This document shows positions 21,601 to 36,600 of a DNA stretch of 64,000 nucleotides, one piece after another; position 1 is the stretch's first letter, and the number at the start of each line of letters is the position of its first letter. Source of the DNA: Mantamonas sphyraenae STR306. Its lineage: Eukaryota; Protista; CRuMs. The notes below the pieces were generated by a model, which saw only the letters and a program-made list of their open reading frames with translations, had not been told where the DNA came from and searched no databases. Position numbers and translations under genes: made by a program. Location of the stretch: contig JAPMXV010000054.1 of NCBI GenBank assembly GCA_026936335.1, positions 310,001-374,000 on the forward strand. The letters are read 5' to 3'.

Positions 21601-24600
21601 GTTGCCAATCACGGTGACGTCGACCGCGTCGCCAAAGGGACCGGTGTAGAAGACGCCGGTGAAGTTGGCGATTCCATCGAGAGCTGCCTTTTCGTACGTG
21701 GCTCCTTGTGTGTACCGAGACACCAGGATGCGCACGAGCACATCCGATGTGTTGACCCTGTTGCCTGCTGTGTCGATCACTTCGACTTCGGGCTGCACAG
21801 GGAACGGCTTCTCCGCCGAGTTGCGGTTGTCGACGAACAAGGTCATGTTGCGGACAAAGCGGAAGGTGTGTGCGGGTCCATGCACCACCGTGACGATGCT
21901 GCTGGTGGGTTCCAGGCCGCTGGCAGTGTAGGCGAGTGTGTACGTGCCAGCCGTGGGGGTGATGCGCACATCGGCAAAGTCCACCTGATAGCCATTTGCA
22001 GCCGAGGCCACACGCGACAGAGTGCCAGCGCGCAGCACGCCGTCGCTGCTGCTCACAGAGATCGTTACAGAGGGCAGCTGGGCGTCAATAACGAGCTGCG
22101 TGCCGGGCGATGTGGGCGTGTTTGCGTCGAGGGCGTTTCCGCCTGCATCCACAACACGCACAGTCACGCCGTTGACAGGCACGTCGGCTGCGTTGCTGCC
22201 TGCGTACGTCAGTGTTTGTTTTCCACCGCCCTGTACAAGCAGATGTTCGGCAACGCCGCTGGAGATGTTGACCTGTACCAGTGCAGGCTGCAGGTTGCCT
22301 TGTGTGACCACCAGCACATGCACGCCAGCACGCGGGCGCAACAAGCGCACTCCGTCGATGGTCACCACGCCTGCCTGCATGGTGTATCTGACACGTCCGG
22401 CCAGAATCGGCGTGGCCAGAGGTTGCCGGTTTGCATCCAGGGCGCCTGGACCGCCGCTCTGCACGCTGACGTCGATCTCGCGAGAGATCGTGTCTGTGTC
22501 GCCCACAGCCTCTCCTCCCGCATCGTATGCGCGCACTGTAAACGAGCTGACAAGGGAAGAGATGTTGCTGGTGGCTGTCACTGCCGAGGTGGTGCTGGAA
22601 AGGCGTGCAGCAGGCCCAACCACAATGCGCACGTGTGATTGGGCGCTGATCAGTCCTGGCGCACGGTACTCGATGCCATACACGCCCAAGGGTGGGGAGA
22701 GCAACGCCAGCGAAGCAAACACAGCCGTGCCGTTGCGCATGCGCTCGACAGAACCCGTGCTGCGCAGCGTGGCGGTGTTGTTCAGAAGGACAGCCGTTAT
22801 GTCCTTTTCGTTGGGATGGTCGTACAGCCACGTTCTTCCTGCGTCCCTCTGCCGGATGGTAACCGTGCCCAGTGCAGTCGAAAAGGTCGACGATCGCTGG
22901 GAGAGTGGGTTGAATTCGCTCACCAGCTCATACGGCGCACCTGGAACCACGGTTACGGTGAACGAGTCGAACGTCCACGTCGGCGTGGTCAGTGTGATCG
23001 TGTAGTCTTGCGGGCTCGGACGGTACAGCTGCAGATTCGTAAAGTTGGCGACTCCGTCCACAATGTACTCTGCGGTGTAGCCCACGAGTGCCACATCAGA
23101 GTCGGCAGGAGCGCCGATGAGCGTGGTGGAAGCCACCGAGTCCTCGGGATAGAGCGCCGTTTGCACTCCGCCTGCGTCCAGCGAATGCACAGTCAGCGGG
23201 AACAGATGCACATATTCATCAGACGACACGACCAACGAGGGACGGTCCACAATCAGCAGCCTCTCGGCGTTGCCTTCTGTCACATTGACAGTGATGTTCA
23301 CTTCCTGAAGACCGGCAGACGTGATGCTGATGGTATGGATCCCCTTGCGGCCAGTGAGTACCGTGACCGCGTTCATCTCGACGGATCCCAAGGACATACT
23401 TTCGCTTGTTGTGCCACTGATGTTCAGGCTCGTGGATTGAACGCTTACAGTTCGCGTGACTGCGTCGCTACCAACCAGCGAGTTGCCTGCAACGTCGTCA
23501 AGGGTCACGTGCAGCGTCGGGATCTGGTACTCTCGAGTCGATGCAAACTGCATCGTCCAGTTTGTGGCGAGCACGAGCTGGTATGCAGTGCCCAGAGTCA
23601 CGTTCACGTTAGCGATGGAGCTCGACAAGCCATCCGCAGCAAAAGTCAAGGTGTACGCGCCGGTGCGAGGTTTCTGAAAGAGCAAGGCATTCACGCTCAC
23701 CACACCTGCACTCATGACGTAGGTTGTGTTGCCTCCCAGTCCACTAGCGGTGTTGTCGACGGTGACGTTCACTGAACGCGTTGCTAGCGAGTCGCCTGCA
23801 AGCACGCGGTTGAACCCAGCGTCCAGCGCATGGATCACAAACACACCCAAAGGCACGGAAACGCCAGAAGACACCGAAACAGACGCAGGCGACGGGGTTT
23901 CTAACCTCACCGCTGGCCCTGTGACAACCTGCACGGCCACATCGCCACTCTGGAGGGACGCAGCCGAGAAGCGCAGTGCATACCAACCGACAGCAGGTGC
24001 AGAAAAGGCCACTGTGGTAAAGGTGGCGTTGCCTGCGGTGCTGTTGACGGGCGTGAGACCCGTAGCAACCAGTGATGCGTTCAATGTCTGGACGCTCACC
24101 AAACGGTGCGACGCGTCAAACGAGCCCACAGCGTTGCCTCCGTTGTCGTAGAGGATCGCTTGGAGCGGTGGCACGGGACTGCTTGTGCGCGACGGCACGG
24201 TGGCTGTGATCGGGGGAACAACAATCTGTGTGGGAGGGCCAGGGTACACAGAGAGCGACACGGTGACATTTCGCAGCGCATATGCAGACATGACAATGCC
24301 GTAGGAGCCGATGGGGATGCGTCCCGTGAGCTTGAGATCGGTGAAGGACACGCGGCCAGAGTTGGCGTCGACTGCTTTCGTCAGCGTGCCCTGCAGAGTG
24401 ACGCCAGCGATGGAGACATTCAATGCAGCATGCACGTGCACATCACCCGTGGTCACGGTATCGCCTGCGTCTCGAAGCTCCACAGTGATCGTAGACAGAG
24501 GCACAGAGGAGATGGACGCGTAGGAAAGGGTCGTCACGGGGGCAATGCGAGTCAGCGCGTACGGCTGACCCACACCCACCTGGACAGCCACAGACGTGTT

Positions 24601-27600
24601 GCGCAGACCCTGTGCAAGGAACCACAGCGTGTAGGAGCCGTTCTGTGGCGATTGCAGGGCAAGATCGGAAAACACGGCGCGGCCAACCATGCTGGTGACC
24701 ACCTGGACGCCCACGAGCACACCACCAGCGCTGGCAGACGCGCTCACAGTGCGGTTGAGTCCATCGAGTGCACCCAGCATGTTGTTACCGGCATCTACGA
24801 CGCGCAAGTCGACGGCGCCCAAGGCTGAAAACACACGGCTTTCAACCACCACAGAGGCACTGGCAGGCGAGTGCACCACCAGCGCTGTAGGCGGTCCCGT
24901 GATCACGTCAATGGTCATGTCGACGGAGAAGAGACCCGTGCTGGCGAAGCGCAGGACGTACCGGCCGACGCGAGGCGTTGTCAGAGTCAGGTCTGCGAAT
25001 GGATGAGTGGCGTTTCGCTGCAGCGTACCCTGCAGCTGGGCAAGCTGTGTGCTGTTGAGCAGTTGCACAGATGCGTTGCGGGCAACCATCTGTGCGGCGT
25101 CGACAGCGTTCCCTGCTGCATCGCGGCCGATCAGAAGAGTGGCGTTGATGGGCGTGTTGAGAACCGCGTGGACACTGCCCAGGTGGGCAGAGGGCACATC
25201 CAGAGACACGACCTGGCCCGGTACAATCTCCAGGGCCACCGATGTGTTGAGAAGAGATGCTGCATAGAACACAAGGGAGAAGTTGGCCGTGGGCGGGCGC
25301 AGCAACTGCAGGCCCGTCAGCGTGGCCACACCGTTGGTGACAGAGACAGACGCGGGACCAGAGGTCTGCAGCGCAGCGGGAACGTCCACGTTGACGGTGA
25401 TGCCAGAGGCCGTTGGCACAAGGGTCCCCGCGACATCTCGAGCCTGCACCGTCACCGCACCCAGCGCAACCTGCAGGTTAGTTGCAAGCGACTGGGCGGC
25501 GCCAGACACAACCGCCAGCTGAAAGGGAACACCCACCGTGACGCGGATGGACACAGAGACATTGCCTAGCAGCGGACTGTGGAAGTTGAGCGCGTAGTCG
25601 CCAGCCACAGGCTTGAGCAACTGCACGGCGTCAAACACGACCACCGCGCTCGTGGCAGTCACATTGAGCGTGCCAGCGAGGTCCAATGTAGCGTTGGCGC
25701 CCGTCAAGAAGAGGTTCTGGCCGGCAAAGCGAGACGCGGAGACAGCAGTGCCGCTTGCGTCGACGGCTGTGAGGCGGATGGTCGGTGCTGCGGTCACAGC
25801 TGCGGCCTGCACGGTGGATGATGTGGTGACCACTGCAAGCAGACGCAAGGGCAAGCCGCCGTTAACTTGCACGCCCACCGTGGCAGTGCCGACGTTGGGT
25901 GTGCTGACACGAAGCACATACGCGCCCAGAGCAGGTGCTTGCAGCGACACGTTGGCAAACGAGGCCAAACCGTTGACGAGCGTGGCTGTGGTCGTGCTGG
26001 TTACAGTGGCACTCGGTTGCAGCGCCAGAGTGAGCGTGCGGTTGCTGTCGCTGACGATCGTGTTGTTGCCTGCATCAAAACCTTGCACCGTCAACGCGCC
26101 CAGGTAAGCGGTCTGCGCAGTCTCGACGCTGATCGATGCCGGGGAGACGATGCGAAGGGCGTGGATGGGACCCACCGAAACGTTGAACGTTGTGGTGAGC
26201 ACGGGAAGCCCAGCTGTGTTCAGCTCCACCGCATACTCGCCGGCCACAGGGGATGCGAGTGCGAGCGAGGACACAGAGACGTTGCCCTTCAGCATGGTCT
26301 CGGACGAGGAGCCGAGTTGCACTCCGTTGCTGTCTTTGATCTTGATCAAGACAAGACGATCGACATCGAGGCCCACGAGCGAGTTGTCACCGGCATCGCG
26401 TGTTTGCACCGAGATCGTGCCCAACGATGTGGACACACGCGAAAGCACCGTGGCGGGCAGGTTGAGCAGAGCCATGTGTGTTGCAGCGCCCGGAAGCACT
26501 TCTACAGTGACATTTGCGCCGATCAACCCGGTCGCACCAAACTGCAGTGTGTAGTTGCCTCGCGCAGGAGAAGCCAGGCGGGCGTTGTCAATGGTAGCCG
26601 CACCACGGTTACTGAGAGCCGAAAGGACACCCTGGAGCATTGCCTGGTGCGGCGACGGGAGCGACGCAGTGACGGTGACGGGTGAGACGCTCGTGGTCGT
26701 GCCACTTGCATCTTGCACGGTCACAGTGACGGCCGGCAGAGCAGTCAGCGCGGAGCTGCTCACTTGCAGGGACGTAGGCGACGCCACAAGTTTGTAGGGT
26801 GCTCCACTGGAGATGGTCAAGGCGATGGTCGCGTTGACGAGACCCAGCGTGCCCACCTGGAGCGTGTAGGCATCGGGGACGGGCGCAGCCAGAGTGGCAC
26901 CGAAAAACTGTGCAGCACCTGCAGCCTGACTGTACGTGGTGGCCACCCGCACACCTCCAATGACGTCGAGGACCACGGTGCGGTTGAGGGTGTCGAGGCC
27001 ACCCAGTACGTTGTTGCCGCCGTCGCGCACAACGACGCCGATGGTGGGCAGAGCCACGGACACGCTTGTGTTCAACGACAGCGTGTTGTCGGTGTTGTTC
27101 AGCGTCAGTTTTGTTGGCGCGCCATGCACAATGTTCACCGAGGTCTGTGCCACCACCAGAGCAGGAGACACAGACGCCACAAAAGTGTACAATCCCACCG
27201 TGGGTGTGGTCAGGGACAGGCCCGTAAAGTTGGCCACTCCTTGCACCATGGCTGTGGACGCAGTGCCCGCAAGTACCGTGGCGGTCACGTCCACACCGTT
27301 GAAGTAGACAGTGAGGGTGGCCGACGTGGTTGTGGTGTCATTCGACAACAACGTCTCGTTCTGGTGGTTCCGTGTGGCGACGGTGATGTGCGGCAGGGCC
27401 ACGCTTGCGGTTGCGTTGACATCGCCCAATCCGCCCAAATCGCTCAGCAGTGTCGTGTACTCGGGCGTGGTCACAAACATGCCATGCACTTCAAACTCAT
27501 ACAGCCATCCGCCATCTGTGGCTGTCACAAGCGTGCCCATGGCTCCCTCGCTGTTGTTGAATCCGACGCGGAAATGCGACGAGCGCACCTCGCTCGCCAA

Positions 27601-30600
27601 AAAGTCCACACAGAGGCCGACATCGTTGGCATCGGAGGGAACGACACGACAGGGACGCTGTGTACCGAGCGCCGATGCGCTCTGCTTGGTCACGCGTTGT
27701 ACAATGGTCTGCCAAGTTTGCGTGGCCGCAATGAAAGCCTGCACCTCGTAGTACGGCGGCGTGTTGCGGCACGACTGGTACCACGACAGGATGATCTCGT
27801 TGGCAAAGGCCTCGATGGGCAGATTGACCTGTGCATACACCCAATGTGTGTTGTTCTGGGCAAACTGCAGGCCGCACTTGAAGCCTTGGTTGGCGTCGGT
27901 CTTTTCACAGCAGCGGTCGTTGTCGTGGATGCCTGCAGGGTACACACCGTCGGTGACGCCGGTGGCACTTCCTGTGGCGGTGCCGTTTGTGGCCAGGTTC
28001 TCAAAATAGCGCAGGCCGAGAGCCACGCGGTCGGCGACGGCAAAGTCGAGCTCGCTCTTTGTGCGACACAGAGGCGAGAACGGGTCCACGTACGTAAACT
28101 GGACACCCGAGGCCGACGCAACGTACTGCTGGGCATTGTTGGACACAGACAAGTCGTATTTTCCCGTGTTCTGCTGGGGTGCCGTGCAGATCACCTGCGT
28201 GCTGGACACAAACTGCGGTGCCTTGGTGTTTACAAGCTGGCCAAAGCGGCACTGAAGGGCATCGCTGTTGATGAATCCCGATCCAGCGACAGTGATGGTC
28301 TCGCCGCCGGTGGTCTGGCCAACCTGAGGAGTAAAAGCACCCACCGTCTCGGGCGTGTAGTACGTCATGGAGGCGTTCTGGCTGGTTGCACTGACCGAAA
28401 AGTTGAGGCCGTTGTTGGTCACATTGACGAGGACAGTGCTGCCAGCCGCGCCGGCCGGAGATGTGCACAGGAACTGCGTGCGCGACACGTATTGGACAGA
28501 GACACACGCCTGACCGCCCACTTGGGCGTTCAGATAGCCGTTGTTGACAAAGTTGTTGCCCAAAATGGTGAGGATGGTGGCGCCGGTGGACGGCCCTGTG
28601 GTGGGGGTCATGGCCGTCTGGTTGGCCGGAGCGAGAACCTGCACGGTCCAAGGGCTGCCTGCAATGCTGCCCACAGCGGTGGTGACGTCGATACGGTACA
28701 AATCCGCACCTGCGCCAGCGACGTATTGGACACGGTACCTGTTTGCAGTGGCAAAGGCGACGGAGCTGGGCACGGCTGCACCGTCGCTCAGGCGGGTTAC
28801 GTTGATGGTGAACACATCGGTGCCCACAGTGCGTGCATTGCCGTAGACATCACGTGCAAACACGTCGAAGCTGTTTGTGACGTAGGGACTGGCCTCCGAA
28901 AGGGCGACACCGGACGCAGTGCACGCGGCAGCGTGAAGGGCGTTGGGCGTGACGGTGACGTTGGTCGCACTCAACACGTCGCTGGGAGTCGCTGGAAAGG
29001 CAAGGATGGCGATGTTGCGGCTGCCGCCGGGGTTGGTCACAGAGGGAAGATCGACCCACTTGCCGCGAACAGACCCCGAGGTCACCAGCGTGCCGTTGTA
29101 GACGTCGATGCCTCGGAAGTAAGTGCCGCCGCTGGCGCCCGTGTTGATAAAGGTGCGACCGCCGACCTGGACACCATCGCTGAGGCGCAGTTTGGCGATG
29201 AACGCGCGTTCCTTCTCACCGACAGTCTGTGCGTCGAAACCATCCTGTGACACCGAGCCTGCGACATAGACAAAGGACCCATCCGACGTTGCCATGAACG
29301 CAGCGCTACCCGCAGGGTTTGCCATGGACCACGTCCACAGCACATGGCCGGTGGCGTTCATGCGGACAACGATGGCCGTGTCTGGGTTGGGCTCCAAGCG
29401 AAGACCACACAGAAGGAACTCACCGTTGAACATTGCACCGGCATACGTATCGGTTGCCACAGATGACGGCAAGTTGTCACGGAAGCTCTGTTCGAGCACA
29501 CCGGCGCGCGTAAAGCGGCTGATGAAGATGTCACGACCGCCGACAACGGAGTGACCACCAAAGTCGCCGAGCGTATCACCGACGACGTAGATACGGTCGT
29601 CTTGTGCTCGGTAGAACACCGCGGACGTCGATTCTGATTGTGTGCTGCCAAACTGGCGCTCCCACACAAGATCACCCGTGGCGGAGTACTTCACCAACAG
29701 AATGTCGTTCGCGCCGAGATTGGTATCAACGACTGAACCCTCCGTTCGCCCAGCAAAGACGGCACTGCCATCAGTGGGATCGACAGCGACGTCGACAAAG
29801 GAATCCGAGGCACTGGAGCCACGTGCACGGGCCCAGCGGAGAGCGCCTGTGGTTGCATCAAAGGCAAGGGCAAGGGCATCGGCGCCCCCACCTTGGTAAG
29901 AATGCCCCAGGAACGTGCTGGAGGACTCGCCGGCAACAAAGAAGGTGTTGCGTGCCTCGTCCAAGGCGCAGCGCCACGGTTTATCCTGGCCAGCAGCATC
30001 AAAGACGTTGCTCCACACCAGGGTTCCTGTGGGCGAAATCTTGGCCACATAGACGGCGTGATCGGCCACAACGACCTGTGAACCATCTGCTTTGATGTAG
30101 TTTCCGGTCACACGTGCAGCGACATAGACATTGCCATCTGCATCGAGCGCTTGGCCGGTTGCAATGGCACCTGAGCTCGAGGTGGTCGTACCGACGATGG
30201 TGCCCCAATCGGGCGACCCAGAGGCAAAGGGATAGCCAATGGGCGAGCGGATGCTGAGAGCATGCGTGCCGGCCACGGTGATGAGGTAGGTGACCTGTTG
30301 CTGACCCTGCAACGCCACGAGAGGGCCGATTGTGCCCTGCACGTTACCCAGCGCGGCACTGAACGCGTTTGCCGTCACTGCGGTGCGATTGTTGGAGAAC
30401 TGGTCTCGTTCCTGAAGGGCCACGAGACCCTGGACACCGGCCATGGCAGCATACAGGCTGCTGCCGGTGATGATGGTCTTTGTTCGATCCATTGGCGCAG
30501 GGAGCACGTTGATGGTCGCAGGTGAGCCGATGATGTGTTGGCCACGGTACTGCACCTGCAGCGAGGCCGTGCCACGCAGATTGGAGGAATAGGAAACAGC

Positions 30601-33600
30601 AAAGACACCTTGGGTGGCGAGCGACACAGTGACACTGCCTGTGCTGAGAGAAGTGACAATCAGAGCTGCATCTGTTGCGGTTGAGCTCAGCAGAGTGTTG
30701 TTGAAGCGGTCACGCAACTGGATGGTGACACCTGTGCTGGCCACACCGGCTATCACGGTGCTCTGGACATCGAGGAGCTGCGAGCGCGAAGGATCGCCCT
30801 GAACAGGGGTGACCACAATGGCAAAGGGAGACCCGACGATACCCCGCGTCCACGAGAGATCGGTGATGCTGACAGCGTACGTGCCTGCAACTGTGTAGTT
30901 GAGCAGAGCTGAGTACACCCCGCCTGCATGTGGAAGCACTGTGCCGTTGCGCACGCCCTGGATGGCAACAGCAAAGGCGTCGGGCTGCGTGGACAACGGG
31001 TTGCCGAACACATCACGCGCCTGGAAGGTGGCGTTGAAGGATGCGTCTGCAGCGACGGTGCCTGTGGGTGTGGACACGACGGTGCTGTGGAGAACAGAAA
31101 CTGCCGCCGGAAGCACCGAGACCGTGTGCGATGAAATGAGGCTGGGCCCCGGCTGCACAGAAACGTGAAGGTTAAAGGCACCGCGCGTCGTGAGATTGAA
31201 CGTGAGGCTGTGCATGCCTGCACCCAGGTACTGCGTGGAGTGCAAGGCATTTGCAAGGACGACGTCGCCACCGGCAGTGAGGTTGTTGCCAAACTGATCA
31301 CGGAGCTGGATGCGCACAGTGTGCGTCGTACCGGCAACGACAACCTGCGGAACGTCGTACACCGAGGAAGAGCTTGCCTGCACGACGTCTGTGGCCACAG
31401 TAAACGGCAAATTGCCTCCAATCTGAGCATCCTGGTTGAGGGTGACGGTGAGCGGGTGTGTGCCGCTGACGGTGGCTGCGACAGAGGTGGAGTAGCGCCC
31501 AGTGGCCATGCGTCGTGTGGAAACACGTGCGTAGTCGGTCTCAATGTCACCTGTGTCGTAGAAGATGGTGGGTGCGGCGTACCTTGCAGCGGGCCCACGG
31601 TCAATAGTTGGGGTCGCCGGGACGGCCTCGAGGCTGTGTAGCCCCAAGCCCACGACTTCGACGCTACCATCTGCCGTGTCGATGGTAGCGTATGGGTTGG
31701 AAGCATAGTAAGTTGATGTCAGCGTGTTGTAGTTGGGGAACCCCTCGCCGTAGCCCTTGGCGTAGATGTCGTAGAGGCCTGGCTGGATGGCGACCGGAGC
31801 AGGGAGCTCACAGCGCATGTAGCTGCCCTGGATGGTTGTGCTTGCACACAGGAAGGTGTCGATGACGGCCACGTTGGACGTACTCGTCTGCATGCGCAGG
31901 GAGATGTTGCGCGGCTGCAGACCTGCCTTGATGTACGCACCCATGGCGTGAATGTTGATCGGGCGCACGACACGCAAGGTGTGGCCCAACCAACCAGGCC
32001 AGTTGGTTTGGGTGGCTGGTGTGTTGTCCGCGTAGGCGATCAATTGGTGGACGGGGCGCGCGCTGCGTGTGCGCGGCATGTGTGCGCGTGCGTAGTGTTC
32101 TGTGAACCACAGCGACCCTGCGCCGTACACATTATCAGGGGAGCCGACGTCGTTGATGTGCAGGGTGCGGTAACCGGCGTTGGAGAAGCGACCGTTTGTG
32201 AAAATAGAAATGGCACCGTTTGCGGTGTCGGCCTTGATGGGGTCGCCCTTCGGGTGGACATTCTTGTTGTAGTTGGGAAAGGTTGCACTGTAGCCGGTAG
32301 CGGCCACCCAGTAGTCACCGGGAAGCAGGTAGATGGGCTCGTCGAGGTCCAGGCGCATGTAGCCATTCTGAGGCTGCGAGTTGACGATGTATTCGCGCGT
32401 TTGGATGGGTTCGCGGTAGTCAGCACCGGTGATCCAAACGACAACGTCTTGCGGAGCCTTGTCGGCCGAGAGAAATGCGCCGAGGGCGGTTACGTAGATG
32501 GGTCGGTGGACGCGAAAGGGAAGGCCGAGCGAGTAGCCTGCGGTGTCCACCTGGTTGCCATTGACGCCACTGGGAACGGTGTAGAACAGCTGGTGTTCAG
32601 TGGCATTGGCCAAGTTACCGACTTCATCACGGAGCTGAGTGTCAACCAGGACCTTTGTGGATCCGGCCACGGTTGTGCTTGCAACCTGCGTGTTTGCGGA
32701 TTGGGCAGCAGTGGGTACGCTGGAACGCACCGTGAGGGCAAAGCTGATTGCAGGTACGTTGACGAGAGAGACAGCATAGGTACCAGTGACGTTGATCATG
32801 GTCGTGGCTGCATAGATGCCATTGCCGGTGTACTCCATGGTGATGTTGGGCAACCCCTGGATGGCGACGATCATGGGGAGTGCGGAGGGCGCGGTCCTGT
32901 CGTTGCCGTACTGGTCACGCGTCTGAACACGTAGGATCTGAAAGTGCTGTGCAGCGACTGCCCCTGCCGAGAAAGAGAGTTGAACGGTGGTCGGGTAGTG
33001 AGCCGGGGCGGGAACGACGTTGAACTGCTGCTCTCCCATGGCTGCACCGCCGATGGTGGCTGAAATTGTGTATGTGCCGACAATAGTGGGCTGGATGGAG
33101 CCTGTGTAGGTGCCGTTGCCGAAGGAGCCGGGCCATGACATTGTGACGGGTTGTGCTGCTTCTGCGGCCCTGCGCGATGTAACCACGAGATCTGTGTTGA
33201 CATCTTCTGTTCGCAGATTGCCGTACTGATCGCGCAGTTGGACAAACAAGTGTCGTGTGTGGCCAGCAACCAGGTCTGAACCGACATGGTGGAGGGTGGA
33301 CAAGGCGGCGACAGCCTGGGCAGCTTTGATGCGCACGGCAAACGGAGAGCCGCTGATGGGGCTCGTCGAGGGGTGCAGAGTGACTGCGACTGTGTAGTTG
33401 CCGGCGATGGTGTAGGAGAAGGAAGCACGGTACTGGCCAGCAGCCGTGATGGCGGTCATCTGCACGGCCGCAGCAGGAGTGGGTGTACCTTGCAGGATGG
33501 CGTTGAATGTGTCGATGGACTCTGTACGGTCGGCGTTGTTGGATGCCTTTGCTTGGATGTCGACGTTCCATGTGGACCCAGCGACAATGGACGTCGGGAT

Positions 33601-36600
33601 GGGCGTGGCCAGGACTGTCTGGGCAGCCGCGGTGACTGGCCAGTTCAGAGTCAGTGTGAGCGGCGAAGTGGCGATGTTTGCAAAGCTCCCATCGATGGAA
33701 AGCTGGACTGGGACGGTGACAAGCTGTGGCGTGAGCTTGGGGTCCGTTGGAGCAAATTCGAAGCCAACTCGGTTGTTGGCACAGTCATCAAAGCCACGGA
33801 AGTCGACTTGTGTCCCGGGGGGACCAAAGGCGGTGGAGAAGCCGTTTGGAGGGAGCATACGGAACGTAGAGCAGCCTGTGACCAAATTGTCGAAGCGATC
33901 AAAGACGTGAAAGTAAAAAGTGGACAGCGTGGCCGTGCGAGCAGAGAAGGTGTGCGAGGTGCCGGTGCCCGAATCTGGGACGGTGGATTGAAGGCGAGCC
34001 TGGGCATACTCTCTTCGGGAATGGACAACATTGAGGGCAAACGGGGAGTTTGCGATGTTGTCGCCAGCGTATTTGATGGTCAAGGCGTAGGATCCTGCAC
34101 GGGTTGGCAGAAAGGTGATGAGGGAGTTGCCCGTCTGAGGATCTGGGTTGAGGTGCCATGCAGAGGTGGGATTGAGGTTGAGACCGTTTGCGTTGCCAGA
34201 TGTGCCCTGGAGGGTGATGACAAATGAGTCGCGATCGTGGAATTGGTTCTTGTCAAAGATATCCTTTGCCTGGACGGCGACGGTGATGGGCACGCCTGCC
34301 TCGTGCGGGCCGGTCGTAGCGTTGTGGATGCTCTTTGCGGCCGAGGTGGGCGCGGTGACAAGGACCTGCTGGCTGCGAGCGATGGGGAAGCCTGCGTGAA
34401 GAAACTCAATCTCCGAGGGCCCTGAGGTCGGGATGTTGCTTGGCATGGTGCACTTGACGTGTGTGGCATTGACACGCGTCATGGCCACCTGCATGTTCTG
34501 GATGCGACAGCGAAGCAGCGGTTGGCGACGGCAAAGCGCAGAGCCTCGCTGATTGTTAATGTCGTTCCAACCAGCGGTCGAAAGGGTTGCCTCCAGGTAC
34601 GTTTCACCAGGGTTGTTTGGTTCGGAGCCGACCCAGTTGAAAAAGTCGTTCTGAGAGCCGTCTGGACGTGTGTCGCTTACGAGGAAGCCCCTGCGGAAGC
34701 CTGTGTTTTCAGTCTGGATGGCCATTGAGATGGAATTGCGATTGTCGTAGAGACCAGCACCACGAGAGCGCAGCCAGAAGACCATGTGCTCGTTCTCCAT
34801 TGTGGAATGGGGCGTAGAGTGCTTTGCGGGAATCGGCTGCTGAGCGCAGAGAGTGCCTGCCTGATTGAACCACTGATTCTTGAGTGATCCGAAGCAGTGG
34901 CGAAAAACACAGTATGCAGGGTTGGCATCGACGTCGCCGTCCGTGTACAAGCCTGAGGTGGTGAAAAACACGTCGTCGTTTGTGTTGTGGCCAATCTCGG
35001 AGCGGCTGATGGGTCCAGCAGACGTTTGCAAGAAGGGCAAGACCCAGTAGTTGCCAACTCCTCCATAGTGGGCGAGCGGGTTGTTTGCTGTGTGGAAGCC
35101 GGTAATGTCGGGCCCACACGCTCCTCCCTGTCCACCCGCGACGTCGTAGCGGATGGTGACGTCGTTGGCGACGACGCGGATGCTTCCTCCTCCTCCTCCT
35201 CCGCCGCCGCAGACACCGTTGACCGTAGCGGAAGCACCGGAGCCTCCGCGGGCGTAGAGGAACCCGTTGCCGGTAACCTTGTTTGCCATGAGGAGGATGG
35301 CGCCGCCGCCGTTGCCTCCGGCGCCCTGCGCACCTACGTTTGGAGCGCGAGTGGCGCCGGAGCCACCGCCTGTGCCAAACTGAAGAGAGATGGTGCGTCC
35401 AGCACGAAAGTACTCGTTCGCAGGATGGGCCCAGTTTGCGTTGCACTGCGTGTAGATCTGGTTGTTTGTGGTGGACTTCTGGTTGGCGCCTGGAGCGCCA
35501 GGGCTGATGCAGTTTGTGTTGCTGCCGAGAATCTCGCCACCTCCACCGCCTCGTCCGTAGTCGGTTAGTTGGATCTGTTCCCAGTCTTTGTTCAAAGGGC
35601 CCATGCCGCGGTAGCCCTTGCCGACGCCCGTGTTTGGCTGGCCGCCAAGGTAGCCCTTTGCATCGGCGTTGATGCTGCAGGTGGAGCAAATGTTGATGGT
35701 GTCTGCCGAGAGGACAACAATGCCGCCTTGCGTGCCATCGTAGGGCACAACGCTGATGGTTGCGCTGTTGGAGAGGGAGACGCTGCGGAAGTGGATGTAC
35801 TTGACAGCCATGGCAGTGTGGCCAATACCCCACAGCTGGCCAGCGTAGCGGTTTTGGATGGTGCCCGAGACCGGGTAAACCTTGTTGCCAACGATGGATT
35901 TGATGACAATGAGCTCATAGGAGCCAGCGATGGAGTCTTCACCGCCGTAGATGTCCCTGTGCTGATACAGGAGGAGGCGATCGCCAGGAGCGAGGCCTGC
36001 AGTGGACGTGAGCTCGATGTGGTCTTGGTCCGAGTCGCAGTTCTGTGCAAAGTTGTAAAAGGTGTTGAAGGAGGTGGAGGCAATGTTTCCGCCTGCGAAA
36101 CTCATGTCCTGCGAGAGGAGATCGTTCTGGTAGGTTGTGTGCGGCTGGACGACCGCATTGACGGTGTTTGCCACAAACTCGAGCGGGATGGCCGAGGTGA
36201 CGTGTGTGCCATCGACCACGACGGAGACTTGGAACTTGTGCACGGGATTGATGGGCAGGTAGCGCCGATCTGGCAGAGGGCAGGTTAGATTGACTCTGTT
36301 GTGGATGACGGCTTGGGTGTAGCCAAGGTCAGGACCCCAGTAGCAGCGGACGCTCATGGCGGACTGGCACACGTGGTGAGTTGCCTTTGTGGCATCCGAA
36401 TAGCGTTTGAGGAGTTTTGTGTTTGTGGTTGAGGCGGGAAAGATTGCACCACGAGGCTCGGTGTCAATGAGCTGCGCCGGGAAGGAAGAGGTGTCGACAA
36501 AGGTTGTTCCGCGAGTGTTTTTGATGGCGGAAGCGGGCACGTCGTAGTAGTTGCCAATCCAACTGCGCTCAGAGGTGGTCATGGGAGTAGCTTGGCCCAT

